Assembly (NCBI GenBank): GCA_963833225.1
Contig: CAWHXD010000007.1
Location: forward strand, 192,001 to 256,000
DNA from: an uncultured Chloroflexia bacterium
Lineage (GTDB): Bacteria > Chloroflexota > Limnocylindria > Limnocylindrales > CSP1-4
Length of the DNA stretch: 64,000 nucleotides
Reading direction: 5' to 3'
A program made the translations under genes and the position numbers. Numbering within the stretch: the stretch's first letter is position 1; the number at the start of each line of letters is the position of its first letter. This document shows positions 62,332 through 64,000 of the stretch, piece after piece. The notes beneath the pieces are model-generated. The model did not search any database. It saw nothing but the letters and a program-made list of their open reading frames with translations, and was not told the DNA's origin.

Positions 62332-64000
62332 CTAGTGGCCGTGCGGGACGTGGAGCGTCGCCTGGCGACCGTGCAGTCCCTCGCGGACCACGCGCCGGGC
62401 GACGTCGGCCACGCGGTCCGTGGTGAACCCGAACTCCCGCAGGATCGTCCCGGCGGGCGCGCTCGCGCCGAAGTGATCGATGCCGATGATCGCACCCTCG
62501 TCGCCCGCGTAGCGCTCCCAGCCCATGGAGACGCCCATCTCCACGGTGACGCGCTTGCGGATCGACGGCGGCAGGACGCTGTCCCGGTACGCCTGGTCCT
62601 GCGCCTCGAACCGCTCCCAGCAGGGGAGCGACACCACCCGCGTCGGGATGCCGTCGTCCTCGAGGGTGCCGGCCGCGTTGAAGGCGAGCTGGAGCTCCGA
62701 GCCGGTGGCCACCAGGATCAGCTCCGGCGCGCCACTCGCGGCCTCTCGCAGGATGTAGCCACCGCGGCGCACGCCTTCGCGCGCGAGCTCCGTGGTGCCC
62801 GGGAGGGTGGGCAGCTTCTGGCGGGTCAGCGCCAGCGCCACCGGCCCGCTGCCCGCACCGTCGAGCGAGGGCCGCTCCACCGCGAGCGCCCAGGCCGCGG
62901 CCGTCTCGTTGGCATCGCCCGGGCGGACGAACCACAGGTTGGGAATCGCGCGCAGGGCGGCGTAGTGCTCCACCGGCTGGTGGGTCGGGCCATCCTCGCC
63001 GAGGCCCACCGAGTCGTGCGTCCAGACATAGATCACGTGCAGGCTCGAGAGCGCCGCGATCCGGACCGCGCCGCGCATGTAGTCGCTGAAGGTGAGGAAG
63101 GTGGCCGCGTACGGGAGGAAGCCGCCGTGGTAGGCGATGCCGTTGGCGATGCCGCCCATCGCGTGCTCTCGGACCCCGAACCGCAGGTTGCGGCCCGCGT
63201 GCTCGGCCTCGAAGTGGTCGTGGCCGAGGGCCTTGACGTCGGTCAGGTTGGACTCGGAGAGGTCCGCGGAGCCGCCGAACAGCTCCGGTACCGGCCCCGC
63301 GAGCGACTGGATCAGGTCCTGGCTCGCGTTGCGGGTCGCGACCTCGGTGCCGGTCTCGTAGACGTTCAGGCCGGCGTTCCAGCCGTTGGCCAGGACGGCG
63401 CCGGTCATCCGTCGGCGGAGCTCCGCGGCCGCTTCCGGATAGGCGTCCCGATAGGCGTCGGGACCGCGCTTCCCAGTCCGCGACGAGCGCCTGCCCGGCC
63501 CCGACGGCCTCACGGAACAGCGCGCTCGCCTCGTCGGGGACGAAGAACGTCTTGTCCGGATCCCAGCCGTAGGCCTCCTTGGTCAGGCGGACCTCGTCCG
63601 CGCCGAGCGGGGCGCCGTGCGCCTTCTGCGTGTCCTGCTTGTTCGGGCTGCCGAAGCCGATGTGGGTGCGGACCGCGATGATCGACGGCCGGTCGTCCGC
63701 CTTGGCGGCCTCGATGGCGGCGCTGATCGCGGCGACGTCGGTGCCGTCCTCGACCCGCTGCGTGTGCCAGCCGTACGCGGCGTAGCGCCCGAGGACGTCC
63801 TCCGTGAAGGCCCATGCGGTAGGCCCATCGAGCTGGATCCGGTTGTCGTCGTAGAGGGCGATCAGCTTGCCCAGCTTCAGGTGTCCGGCCAGCGAGCTGG
63901 CCTCGGCGCTGACGCCCTCCTGGAGGTCACCGTCGGAGCAGATGACGTAGGTGCGATGGTCGACGATCTCGTGCCCGTCGCGGTTGAACTCCCCGGCGAG
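62332..64000 (-). CDS. tkt: Transketolase, 5'-truncated by the window edge, frameshift(s) near 63460-63510
   Basis: [60 protein letters not shown]. Confidence 0.95.

Overview
Very GC-rich bacterial chromosome segment. Gene content and style suggest a high-GC Chloroflexota or Actinomycetota genome (inference). At least nine genes carry small indels, so this looks like a noisy long-read or MAG consensus. The left ~37 kb is a selenium/formate/methylated-amine region. It holds a NarL-type two-component system and two convergent selenocysteine formate dehydrogenase (FDH) loci, with in-frame UGA plus SECIS at 5181 (+) and 15285 (-). FDH-1 reads as one ~2,190-aa FdhF-NuoE-NuoF-GltD frame with bifurcating-type NuoF motifs. 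FDH-2 is a split, non-bifurcating-type enzyme. The region also has the full Sec machinery (selD, an atypical 7/5 tRNA-Sec, and selA-selB-mobA coupled to a SAM methyltransferase) and four non-pyrrolysine MttB-family methyltransferases, two of them inside a PotABCD-like ABC operon. The right part is mostly housekeeping: amidohydrolase, MFS transporters, a membrane-anchored Mre11/Rad50-like pair, Rrf2 with a sulfonate ABC transporter, LCP, CorA, citrate synthase, and a pentose-phosphate cluster whose gnd is collapsed to ~92 bp. At the left end an HTH-PD-(D/E)XK gene is followed by a ~120-nt palindrome and direct repeats. No CRISPR array, rRNA, integrase or transposase was seen.
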